A DNA stretch of 64,000 nucleotides from Chlorobiaceae bacterium (lineage in GTDB: Bacteria; Bacteroidota; Chlorobiia; Chlorobiales; Chlorobiaceae): assembly GCA_037143555.1 (NCBI GenBank), contig JBAWYL010000011.1, forward strand, positions 6,372-70,371, written 5' to 3'. A model generated the notes under the pieces. It was not told the origin of the DNA. It searched no databases and saw only the letters and a program-made list of their open reading frames with translations. Every line of letters starts with the position of its first letter. The first letter of the stretch is position 1. A program made the translations under genes and the position numbers. This document shows positions 1 to 8,277 of the stretch, piece after piece.

Positions 1-1376
1 CAGTAGTTCAAAAGGCTGTCACGTCCCTCATTGATAATGTTTCCCCAGCTCGGGGTTGGCGGCTGAACTCCAAGACCAAGAAAGGAGAGCCCCGCTTCAG
101 TAAGAATAATGCTGCCGATCCTCAATGTTGCGGCAATAATCACCGGAGTCAGGGTATTGGGCGCAAGGTGGCGAAAGATAATTCTCACGTTGGAAAGACC
201 GAGGGATTTTGCGGCAAGAATAAACTCCTGCTCTTTGAGCGAAAGCACCTGGCTTCTGACTATTCTTGCCACTCCCATCCATCCGGTAAAAGAGAGGGTA
301 ATCACAATCAGATAAATCGAGTTTCCAAAAGTGGCGATGATGATAAGAATAAGAAAGAGAGCCGGAAATGCGATAAGGATATCGACAATTCTCATCATGA
401 CGGCATCTGCCCATCCGCCGAAATATCCCGAAGAGACCCCGATGATCGTCCCGAGAGATACGGAGATCAAGACAACAAGAAAACCGATAGAGAGCGATAT
501 TTTTGAACCGTATATCACCCGGCTGAGTATGTCCCGCCCATATTGGTCTGTCCCGAACAAAAAAGTGCGTGTAACAACAAAATCCGGTTGTTCTTCACCG
601 GCGACCTGCCGCGTGCCGGCAAGTTCATTCATGCCAATTGTTTTTGTGCGTATGCCCTGACGGTAAATAACCCTCTCTCCATCAATGCGGTACTCGTTTA
701 CAAACCTGACCGTATTGGGTTCATTACGCGTTTTCAGCCTCTGGAAATCGCCGATCAGACTGTTGACAAGCCGCACAGTGCTTCCGTTTCCTGGCTGCAG
801 CGGAATCATCAGCGTTTTAGGCTGTTTCAGTACAAGCGCATTCAGTCGCGCAAAAGGCGGCTGATAAGCAGTAACTAAAAAGTCCTGCTGATCATAAGGG
901 CTGAAAGGTGCTATAAACGGAGCAAGAAATGCAAGAGAGTAAAGGATAAAGATCACTGCTGAAGCATACAGTGCTATAGTCTGGCGCATGAAAGCTCTGA
1001 AGCTTATTTTGCCGAGGCTTAGTTCAGCCGTTTGCTTTGTTTTCTTTTCAGCAGTACTTTTTCGGAATTTTCTCCTGGCAACAACAGCAAGAGATAACGG
1101 TATTGCAATAAGGTAGATTGCCCCTATCCAGAATTCAAGAATCTCTGAGGTGAAAATTTCCTTTAAAGCTTCAGGTGCGCTGAATAAAAGTATTGTCGCT
1201 GTGTACAGAGATCGAAAACTGAGCAGCACCAGATCAGCCTCGTTGAACAGAATGAGCAGAAAAGCAATAAAAGAGATCGAAAGAAAAATGATCGATCCTT
1301 TATTCTGTAATCGTATAGGTGCCGCCTTGGGCGCCTGGTTTTGCTGGGATGATGATGTGCCGTTCTCTGTTTTCAA
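1..1376 (-). CDS. Oligopeptide/dipeptide ABC transporter permease (OppC/DppC-like), 3' end runs off the window
   Basis: Not in the ORF track because it has no stop in the window. Manual translation of the minus strand gives FLFGTDQYGRDILSRVIYGSRISL...ARIVRSQVLSLKEQEFILAAKSLG...RHLAPNTLTPVII...EAGLSFLGLGVQPPTPSWG. The frame is open up to a TTG at 1376; the start is uncertain. Confidence 0.9.
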   Translation of the reverse strand, partial: MKTENGTSSSQQNQAPKAAPIRLQNKGSIIFLSISFIAFLLILFNEADLVLLSFRSLYTATILLFSAPEALKEIFTSEILEFWIGAIYLIAIPLSLAVVARRKFRKSTAEKKTKQTAELSLGKISFRAFMRQTIALYASAVIFILYSLAFLAPFIAPFSPYDQQDFLVTAYQPPFARLNALVLKQPKTLMIPLQPGNGSTVRLVNSLIGDFQRLKTRNEPNTVRFVNEYRIDGERVIYRQGIRTKTIGMNELAGTRQVAGEEQPDFVVTRTFLFGTDQYGRDILSRVIYGSKISLSIGFLVVLISVSLGTIIGVSSGYFGGWADAVMMRIVDILIAFPALFLILIIIATFGNSIYLIVITLSFTGWMGVARIVRSQVLSLKEQEFILAAKSLGLSNVRIIFRHLAPNTLTPVIIAATLRIGSIILTEAGLSFLGLGVQPPTPSWGNIINEGRDSLLNY

Positions 1377-1395
1377 GCTTCTGTGGCTTTCGATG

Positions 1396-1432
1396 AAAAA
1401 AAAGCTGCTTTCCCCTGAAGAAAAGCAGCTTT
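1396..1432 (-). terminator. Intrinsic terminator downstream of rplY
   Basis: Inverted repeat aaagctgcttt (1401-1411) / aaagcagcttt (1422-1432), with an A-tract that reads as a U-tract on the minus strand. Confidence 0.75.
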
Positions 1433-1475
1433 GTAAGGTAAAAAGAACCGGTTTCGAAAAAAAGTTGAACAGTTC

Positions 1476-2081
1476 TCAGCTTGCTGTTGTTGCAGCAGCT
1501 GCAGGTTCCGCCGTAGCTTCTGTTTCTGTTTTCGATGGAAGTACAGTAATAACCGGAATATCAGGGTCATCCATAATGATAAGATCAGTATAGGCATCCA
1601 TTGGAATTTCTTTCACATGAATGGAGTGTCCTATTTCCAGTGCTGTAACATCAATGACGAAATGATCCGGCATATGTTCCGGATGACCTTTGATCGTAAG
1701 CGCATGTTTGATAATCTGTAGCTTGCCGCCTTTTTCAACTCCGGCACTGCTGCCTGAAACAGCTACAGGTACTTCGAGCTCAATGATCTCATCAGCAGAA
1801 AAGAGCTGAAAGTCAGTATGAATAATCCTGTCGGTTACCGGGTGAAACTGAACGTCCTTGATAAAAGAACGCTTAATCTTTCCATCCGGGAACTGAAGAT
1901 CAATAATATGAGACTCAGCTGAGTGTACCAGCTTCCTCAGAGCAAGTTCATTGACGCCTACAGCAACTGTTTCTTCGCCTTTATGATAGATAACTGCGGG
2001 CACAATGCCGGTCTTGCGCAGTTTTTCTGCAGCGTTCTTTTTGATAACGCGAGGTTCTACCCCCAATACAATAGTTTCCAT
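1476..2081 (-). CDS. rplY: 50S ribosomal protein L25 / general stress protein Ctc
   Basis: LRKTGIVPAVIYHKG and IKDVQFHPVTDRIIHTDF motifs, plus the C-terminal beta domain of long L25 proteins. Confidence 0.95.
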   Translation of the reverse strand: METIVLGVEPRVIKKNAAEKLRKTGIVPAVIYHKGEETVAVGVNELALRKLVHSAESHIIDLQFPDGKIKRSFIKDVQFHPVTDRIIHTDFQLFSADEIIELEVPVAVSGSSAGVEKGGKLQIIKHALTIKGHPEHMPDHFVIDVTALEIGHSIHVKEIPMDAYTDLIIMDDPDIPVITVLPSKTETEATAEPAAAATTAS

Positions 2082-2114
2082 GTGGACTTCCTTTCTCTCT
2101 TTAATCGCTTGTGT

Positions 2115-3086
2115 TTAGTGAAGGTTCGTAAGTTTTTCAATGATGTTCTTGCTGTCGAAAAGGCAGCTGACCGAATCATCTTCATAAATACGCTTGATAG
2201 CCTCACCGAAGAGGTTGCTGACGGTTACCGTTTCAATTTTCGGTGAATATTCGTGGTTTGTGATCACAGAATCGGTCACAATTACTTTCTCAAGTATTGA
2301 CGCATCAATTCTTTTAATTGCAGGCCCTGAAAGAATCGGGTGTGTTGCTGCCGCATAAATTTTAAGGCCTCCAGCCTCACGGATAGCTTTTGCAGCGTTG
2401 ACCAGGGTTCCGGCAGTATCAATCATATCATCAACCAAAAGAACATTTTTTCCGCTGACATCACCGATAATATTCATGACTTCGGCAACGTTGGCAGCAG
2501 GGCGTCGTTTGTCAACAATAACCAGATCAGTGCCAAGTTCCTCGGCAAATTTTCTGGCAAGCTTTACACCGCCAACATCAGGAGAGGCAACAACAAGGTT
2601 CTCGCGAAATTCTCTATGACGGATATGGTCTATCAGTATAACGCTGGAATAGAGGTGATCAAACGGAATATCAAAAAATCCCTGAATCTGGGGTGCATGC
2701 AGATCCATTGTTAAAATCCTGTTTGCTCCCGCCTGTGTAAGCAGGTTAGCAACAAGTTTGGCTGTAATCGCTACACGAGGTCTGTCCTTTCTGTCCTGCC
2801 GGGCATAGCCGTAATAGGGAATAACAGCAGTGATTCTGGCAGCTGAAGACCTTCTGGCAGCATCAATCATGATCAGCAGTTCCAACAGGTTGTCACCGGG
2901 AGGATTGGTCGACTGTATAATGAAGAGATCCGAACCACGGATCGATTCAAAATAATTGACCGAAATCTCTCCGTCCGAAAAGTTTTCAAGCTTGGCATTG
3001 CCAAGTGACATATCGAGGTACTCAGCAATCTTTTCAGCAAGCGCCGGGTTACTGCGTCCCGCGAATATTTTAATGGGTTTTGCCAT
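2115..3086 (-). CDS. prs: Ribose-phosphate pyrophosphokinase
   Basis: [30 protein letters not shown] and [10 protein letters not shown] motifs. Start taken at MAKPIKIF. Confidence 0.97.
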   Translation of the reverse strand: MAKPIKIFAGRSNPALAEKIAEYLDMSLGNAKLENFSDGEISVNYFESIRGSDLFIIQSTNPPGDNLLELLIMIDAARRSSAARITAVIPYYGYARQDRKDRPRVAITAKLVANLLTQAGANRILTMDLHAPQIQGFFDIPFDHLYSSVILIDHIRHREFRENLVVASPDVGGVKLARKFAEELGTDLVIVDKRRPAANVAEVMNIIGDVSGKNVLLVDDMIDTAGTLVNAAKAIREAGGLKIYAAATHPILSGPAIKRIDASILEKVIVTDSVITNHEYSPKIETVTVSNLFGEAIKRIYEDDSVSCLFDSKNIIEKLTNLH

Positions 3087-3265
3087 CGTGTCCTGCATAT
3101 TCAGATCAAAGGGGTTATATTATGGCAGTTGTTTTACGCTCCAGAGTTTCCTTAACCGTTTTTCCGAAGTGGATAAATAATCACGAGAACTCAAATATAA
3201 TTAAAAAGGCAGAAAAATTAACTATTTTTTTCCTCTTTCTAAAGCAAGCTACTTGTATTAAAAAT

Positions 3266-4318
3266 ATGACTATTCAGGAGATCAGGGACTATCTCAGCCA
3301 ATTTGTTGGCACCGTTGAGCTGGTTGGTAACGCCGGTGAGTTGATTTCCGGACCTGGTAAAATAGAATCAGCACAAAAAGGGCAGGTCGGCTTTATAGCA
3401 AACGAGAAATATACAAGATTCCTTGCCACCACCGAGGCCTCACTTGTCATTGTACACAAGTCGGTTTGTGTCGATGAGTTCACCCACCGGACTTCCTTTC
3501 TCAAGGTCGGCGATCCGTATACCGCCTTTGTTTTTCTTCTCCAGAAATTTGCAACACCGCGAACAATCGCAATGAAGGGTATTGCCGCCACAGCGGTTAT
3601 CGGTAAAGGTGTCACTATCGGCGAGGGTGTCTCAATCGGAGAGTATGCTGTAATCGGTGACCGCTGTACAATTGGCAGCAACGTCGTCATTGGTCCGAAT
3701 GCCGTCCTTTTTCACGATATCTCTATTGGCGATAATGCCGTTTTATTTCCCAATGTGACCCTTTACGATGGCACACTTATAGGCAAAAGAGTGGTCGTTC
3801 ATTCCGGAACCGTTATCGGAGCGGATGGGTTCGGGTTTGCTCCACAGAGCGATGGCTCATACGTAAAGATTCCCCAGATGGGTATTGTCGAAATTGGTGA
3901 CGATGTTGAAATTGGAGCAAATGCCACAATAGACCGGGCCACCATGGGAAGTACCGTCATAGGCAGAGGTGCCAAAATCGACAACCTTGTTCAAATCGCC
4001 CACAACTGCCGTATTGGTGAAGACACCGTCATCGCCGCTCAGGCCGGTATCTCCGGCAGCGTAACCATAGGCCGCCAGTGCATGATTGGTGGCCAGGCGG
4101 GTTTTGCAGGCCACCTGGAGCTTGCCGACCGCATACACGTCGCCGCACAGGCAGGGATTTCAAAATCCTTTCTTGATCCCGGCATCGCCCTCCGCGGATA
4201 CCCGGCACAACCGATGCGCGATCAGCTCAAGCACGAAGCAATGCTCCGCAACCTCGGTGCCATGAAAGAGAAATTGAATATGCTCGAAGCAGAATTGAAA
4301 GAACTTAAAAATTCGTAG
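3266..4318 (+). CDS. lpxD: UDP-3-O-acyl-glucosamine N-acyltransferase
   Basis: Hexapeptide repeats, [33 protein letters not shown] and [11 protein letters not shown]. Start at ATG 3266; the ORF-track upstream extension overlaps prs and is rejected. Confidence 0.96.
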   Translation: MTIQEIRDYLSQFVGTVELVGNAGELISGPGKIESAQKGQVGFIANEKYTRFLATTEASLVIVHKSVCVDEFTHRTSFLKVGDPYTAFVFLLQKFATPRTIAMKGIAATAVIGKGVTIGEGVSIGEYAVIGDRCTIGSNVVIGPNAVLFHDISIGDNAVLFPNVTLYDGTLIGKRVVVHSGTVIGADGFGFAPQSDGSYVKIPQMGIVEIGDDVEIGANATIDRATMGSTVIGRGAKIDNLVQIAHNCRIGEDTVIAAQAGISGSVTIGRQCMIGGQAGFAGHLELADRIHVAAQAGISKSFLDPGIALRGYPAQPMRDQLKHEAMLRNLGAMKEKLNMLEAELKELKNS

Positions 4319-4359
4319 AAGCATCACTAAATTCCCTTCTTTTTATTTTTTTATTCTAA

Positions 4360-4376
4360 GCGCCCCTTTGGGGCGC
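4360..4376. other. Small GC-rich hairpin after lpxD (possible terminator)
   Basis: gcgcccc-ttt-ggggcgc perfect 7-bp stem. It has no canonical downstream U-tract on the plus strand. Confidence 0.4.
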
Positions 4377-4452
4377 AACAGTTTCCCGGGATGACTTTAC
4401 TTCGTTTGATTATCAGCGGGTGCTGCTTATCGGTTCTTCATCCATGTATTGG

Positions 4453-4626
4453 CTATATCTCCATCGAGTCAAGCATCTCCTGCGCCTTATCGCAACCCTG
4501 GGCAGCCGATATCCCAAAAAATTGGGAAAGTCGCAATGCCGTTCCCGGGGTCACACCACGCTTTCCATTGATGATTTCATTGATCCGCTGATACGGGATG
4601 TGAAGAGCATCGGCTAACTGCCTCTG
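4453..4626 (-). pseudogene. HigA-family (XRE HTH) antitoxin remnant
   Basis: Manual translation QRQLADALHIPYQRINEIINGKRGVTPGTALRLSQFFGISA matches the HigA core. The N-terminus is absent, the usual FWxNLQ continuation is lost, and there is no start codon. Confidence 0.75.
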
Positions 4627-4656
4627 AAAAATTATGCCAATGTTGTTAACTGCTTT

Positions 4657-5334
4657 TTAGTTTTGAATATCAGCAACCATTTCATAATAATATTCACTAT
4701 CCTCTATATGCTCATTTCCATCATCATCTTGATAAGATATATCCATAAAATTCCCGCCATCATCATAATCAATAATTAAAATTGGCGAATTGTCCCAACT
4801 GAATATAAGGTTAAATATTTTTCTGACGCCAATATACGTCATTTCAATTTTTTCACATTTAATCGTTACACCTCCTCTTCCAATAGAAGCCATTGAATCT
4901 CCTTCTTTCAATTTCGATATTTTATAATCATCTAAAAGGATTTCAAGAATATCTGCCTCAAAGTCAACTAAATACTCATCTATTAACTCGCCATCTTTAA
5001 CTGTCAGTGAGCCTTTACACGGGTATCCAAAGTTCTCGTAACTAAGTGTAAACTCAATATTAGGAAATCCTGTAGACAGCATTAATACGCAATAGATTGA
5101 CGGTATTTTTTTTGAATCCCAGGTCCATTTGTCGCTGGATATTATAACGGTTTCAGCAAAAGGTATTGATGACTCGTAGTCCCCGATATTAAAAAATTCT
5201 CGGTATTCATTTTCTAATTTAATCATATGCTTGCCTACGTCTTCCAGTGTATCTATATAATCATTTAGCGCATTTATTTCTGAATCTTTTCCGCTAATGA
5301 ACAAAATGTTATAACAGGTGCTTTGCATAATCAA
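4657..5334 (-). CDS. AT-rich acidic hypothetical protein with a possible DUF1281/YubB ferredoxin-like domain
   Basis: 225-aa ORF, visibly AT-rich. The segment WDSKKIPSIYCVLMLSTGFPNIEFTLSYENFGYPCKGSLTVKDGE resembles the F-x-T-A-W..P..L...FP.L.F.L.Y.E.G..F.G pattern. Confidence 0.55.
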   Translation of the reverse strand: MIMQSTCYNILFISGKDSEINALNDYIDTLEDVGKHMIKLENEYREFFNIGDYESSIPFAETVIISSDKWTWDSKKIPSIYCVLMLSTGFPNIEFTLSYENFGYPCKGSLTVKDGELIDEYLVDFEADILEILLDDYKISKLKEGDSMASIGRGGVTIKCEKIEMTYIGVRKIFNLIFSWDNSPILIIDYDDGGNFMDISYQDDDGNEHIEDSEYYYEMVADIQN

Positions 5335-5588
5335 ATCCTTATATTTCAGTTTTAATTATCGTTTTTAGAAAATTAAAGCCTTGGAGATTAATGAAATAAG
5401 TATTTGGTTTAGTTTGGATGAATCGAATAAATAAATATAAGTGGCACATAATGCGCCATAATTGCTTGATAAAGTTCAATAATTTGTAGTCTGCTCGCTA
5501 ATTGAATATTATACATTAGCTTATAAACGCACATTAATTCTGACAGGAATTGAAAATGTGTTGATGCGGATTCAAAAAAGGTTCTTAT

Positions 5589-5651
5589 TGTGACTGGGGG
5601 TGGCACAAATGTGCGGAATTGTGATGAAGGGTGGCACAGGTGTGCGGAAAT
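5589..5651. repeat. Tandem imperfect direct repeat (2 copies, about 31-nt period)
   Basis: tgtgactgggggtggcacaaatgtgcggaat at 5589 and tgtgatgaagggtggcacaggtgtgcggaaat at 5620. Confidence 0.7.
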
Positions 5652-6275
5652 TATATTAATAGCCGCCATTCAGTTCATTCCATCAATCGATATTTTTTGG
5701 CAATCTTTTTTGTTTTAAAAACTGTTGTTGAAGAGTATTCCGAATATTTTGAAATTTATATCACCGGACGTTCAAGCACTTCTGCATTCATCAGATACAC
5801 TTGCCGCTGGTAGCATATGTCTGAAAAGTTCAAGAAATTCTCTGTTGTTTGACGCTTTGTTTTTATTTCAGTCTCTTAAGCTTGCAAAGCTTCCCGTTAA
5901 CCTCCGTGTCACATCAATCTTATTGTGCGGTTCTATATATATTATGTGTATATTATAAGTACATAGTATATGCGTATCGCTATCTGAGCACTATGGATTC
6001 AAGATAGAAATGAATCATTTTGACTTGATGATATCTCATTGTACACCAAAGAAATGAAATATCAGATGAGACCAATGTGGCATTTTTAAATCAATCAAAA
6101 CTTTCAGGGAGATTTACAGGCAATTTCAATCGACGACTGCTACAGAATTTTTATGAAGAGCCATTATAAGTAAATAGCATAAGCAATTAACATGATTTCC
6201 GGCGTTTTCTGATCGGCGTATTATATGGGTATTAGGGGAAGGCATATTTTTACAACCAAAAAAGGAGACAAGATC

Positions 6276-7850
6276 ATGATAAAATCTAACAAAGCATTGA
6301 CACCAAATGAGCGTTTGGAGAATACGGGGCACACCAAGGAAAGTCTGGCCCCCGCCAAAGTCGGCGCTCAGGAAAATGAAAATTGCAACTGCTGCCCCGA
6401 TGGACCAACTTGCATTTGGACAAATAACCCGAATAGTACGCAGAAATATAGTTATTTCGAGACGCTCGATCCATTCTATCCGTTCGTTTTTAACACAAAA
6501 ACCAATATCAATAAGCTGGGCAAAAACGAGATGCGGATCACATTCATGGGGTCAGTCATCCCCTTGAACATGCGCAAAACCCAGCAAGAGATGAGCGTCT
6601 TTGTTGAAGTAGGCTGGGATGATGACAAAGAGATGCCGATGGATCAGTTTATTTTTGACTGCGGTTCTGGCGTGTCCACCAACTATAACGCCATGAACGT
6701 GAACTTGGGAAGGATGAATAAGGTCTTCATAAATCATCTCCATGGTGACCACATGAGCGATCTGACTCACATCTATTGCTTTGGGCCATCTCAATGCCGC
6801 ACATCACCGTTATATGTTTTTGGGCCAAAAAGGTCAGATATAACGACCCCTGACTATATGGGAACACCCGGCAAGAATTATGACGACGGAACCAGAGCCT
6901 ATTGTCAAAATCTTCGCCGGGCTTGTCGGTGGCACACCGAAAGCTTTAGTTTTCAAACAACGATGTATAAAGGCTATCCGACTCAAGAAGAGATCCAGAA
7001 ATCCTGGGGATTGAAGGAACTGCCGGTGCCGGTTGAGGACGATCCATGGGGTGACGGTTATGCCATGGTACCAATCGAGCTGGACTGGGTAAATGGGGGG
7101 ACTGCCTACAATAATTCGGAGACCGGTGTTAAAGTAACGTATTTTCCGGTAATCCATGCAAGAAAAGGGTCCCTCGGATATAAGCTTGAGTGGAAAACAC
7201 CGAGGGGGGAAACATTGTCCATGATCTACTCGAGCGACACCAAGCCCGAATATAACTGCGTTAATCAGGCGATTAACGGGCACAAAGGTGTTGACGTGTT
7301 CATACACGAAATGATCGTTCCGGCGCAGGTATGGGCCATGAAGATGGGGCATATGGAACAGCTTCCCGCCTTTGACAGTGATGGGGTGAAGTGGCTGACA
7401 ATGGTCCAGAACAGCAGCCACTCTCCACAGGGCAGTTTCGGCTATCTGCTCAGTCTGATAGAACCCCGGCCACGCCTTACCGTGGCAACGCATTTCCCTG
7501 TGGCTGATGACACCGTTTCCTGTGCCATGAAAAGCGTCAGGAATCACTGTGACGTTTATCAGGGAAAGCAACCTCCGCTTGAAGGGAAAAACCCGGCCCG
7601 AATCACCTGGTCTAGTGACCTTATGGTAATCAAAGTGACCAAGGAGGATATCGTCGAATTGAGGGGAGAAATAAACGATTATGAGTTTTGTGCAACGGTC
7701 AATTTGCCGGATGGGAAGCCAGTTCCTGCAAAATATTCTAATAAAGGGATCGGTGATCCCTATGCTCAGATCGATCGCGAAACAGAAATTCCTTCTTGCT
7801 GGTTTGAAGGCGAAGACTGCAAGTGCAACTACCGACCTGATGGATATTGA
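6276..7850 (+). CDS. Metallo-beta-lactamase-fold hydrolase (RNase Z / arylsulfatase / GntH-like)
   Basis: RITFMGS, FIFDCGSG, NHLHGDHMSDL (HxHxDH), VIHAR, YSSDT and ATHF motifs. RBS aaggag precedes ATG 6276. Confidence 0.85.
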   Translation: MIKSNKALTPNERLENTGHTKESLAPAKVGAQENENCNCCPDGPTCIWTNNPNSTQKYSYFETLDPFYPFVFNTKTNINKLGKNEMRITFMGSVIPLNMRKTQQEMSVFVEVGWDDDKEMPMDQFIFDCGSGVSTNYNAMNVNLGRMNKVFINHLHGDHMSDLTHIYCFGPSQCRTSPLYVFGPKRSDITTPDYMGTPGKNYDDGTRAYCQNLRRACRWHTESFSFQTTMYKGYPTQEEIQKSWGLKELPVPVEDDPWGDGYAMVPIELDWVNGGTAYNNSETGVKVTYFPVIHARKGSLGYKLEWKTPRGETLSMIYSSDTKPEYNCVNQAINGHKGVDVFIHEMIVPAQVWAMKMGHMEQLPAFDSDGVKWLTMVQNSSHSPQGSFGYLLSLIEPRPRLTVATHFPVADDTVSCAMKSVRNHCDVYQGKQPPLEGKNPARITWSSDLMVIKVTKEDIVELRGEINDYEFCATVNLPDGKPVPAKYSNKGIGDPYAQIDRETEIPSCWFEGEDCKCNYRPDGY

Positions 7851-7852
7851 CC

Positions 7853-8084
7853 CTTGCGATCACGCGCGGCACGGTCGGCTTCAGTCCCAGGTCTTGAAAG
7901 TTCCAATGTGACTGTAGGCAAAAAAAACGAGAATTTAAAAGTGCTACCATTTCATGAAGCATCTCGGAAAAAGCGAAAAAGAGAAAAAATAGGGTGTGAC
8001 AATATCAAGCTGGCAACCCGCTATGAGTTTCAAACGAAGTGGATAGATAACTCGCTCTGTTCCACTGTTCTGCACGATTTTCAT
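7853..8084 (-). pseudogene. 5' remnant resembling the N-terminus of an SNF2/PLD-type helicase-related protein
   Basis: Three frames give MKIVQNSGTERVIYPLRLKLIAGCQLDIVTPYFFSF, then EMLHEMVALLNSRFF, then LELSRPGTEADRAARDR. From memory this resembles the N-termini of helicases heading type III R-M loci. It is frameshifted and truncated. Confidence 0.45.
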
Positions 8085-8277
8085 AGCTGGGGTCCCCTTG
8101 GTTGAGTCGTAGACTATAGGCTTATAATGAAAAAGGTGAGCATAAGTTCATTATAATCAAGTTTATTCAACGCATTATAATTTACAGCATGGGTCGTGTA
8201 CGGTCAAGTCTGGAGCTCAACCGCCTTCAGTTGTCAGATGTAGAAAATTCTAACGCTTGAAACTGCTCAATTATTGC

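Noticed and set aside
97-878. Several ORF-track ORFs of 68-112 aa
   Set aside because: They are shadows of the real minus-strand peptide ABC permease, which the track missed because it has no stop in the window.
3080-3265. 62-codon N-terminal extension of lpxD
   Set aside because: It overlaps the divergent prs start and promoter region and has no LpxD similarity. ATG 3266 gives a normal-length protein.
4611-4656. Possible integron attC site after the AT-rich orphan (GTTAAC ... GTTAGCC)
   Set aside because: There is no proper RYYYAAC inverse core or L-box pairing. The GTTAGCC lies inside the HigA reading frame, and no integron integrase is present.
5442-5648. TGGCAC motifs as sigma-54 promoters
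   Set aside because: GG-to-GC spacing is 9 nt in the two repeat copies rather than the required 10. The third copy lacks the TTGC -12 element.
6834-7571. 245-aa antisense ORF
   Set aside because: It lies entirely antisense to the MBL hydrolase gene and has no recognisable motifs.
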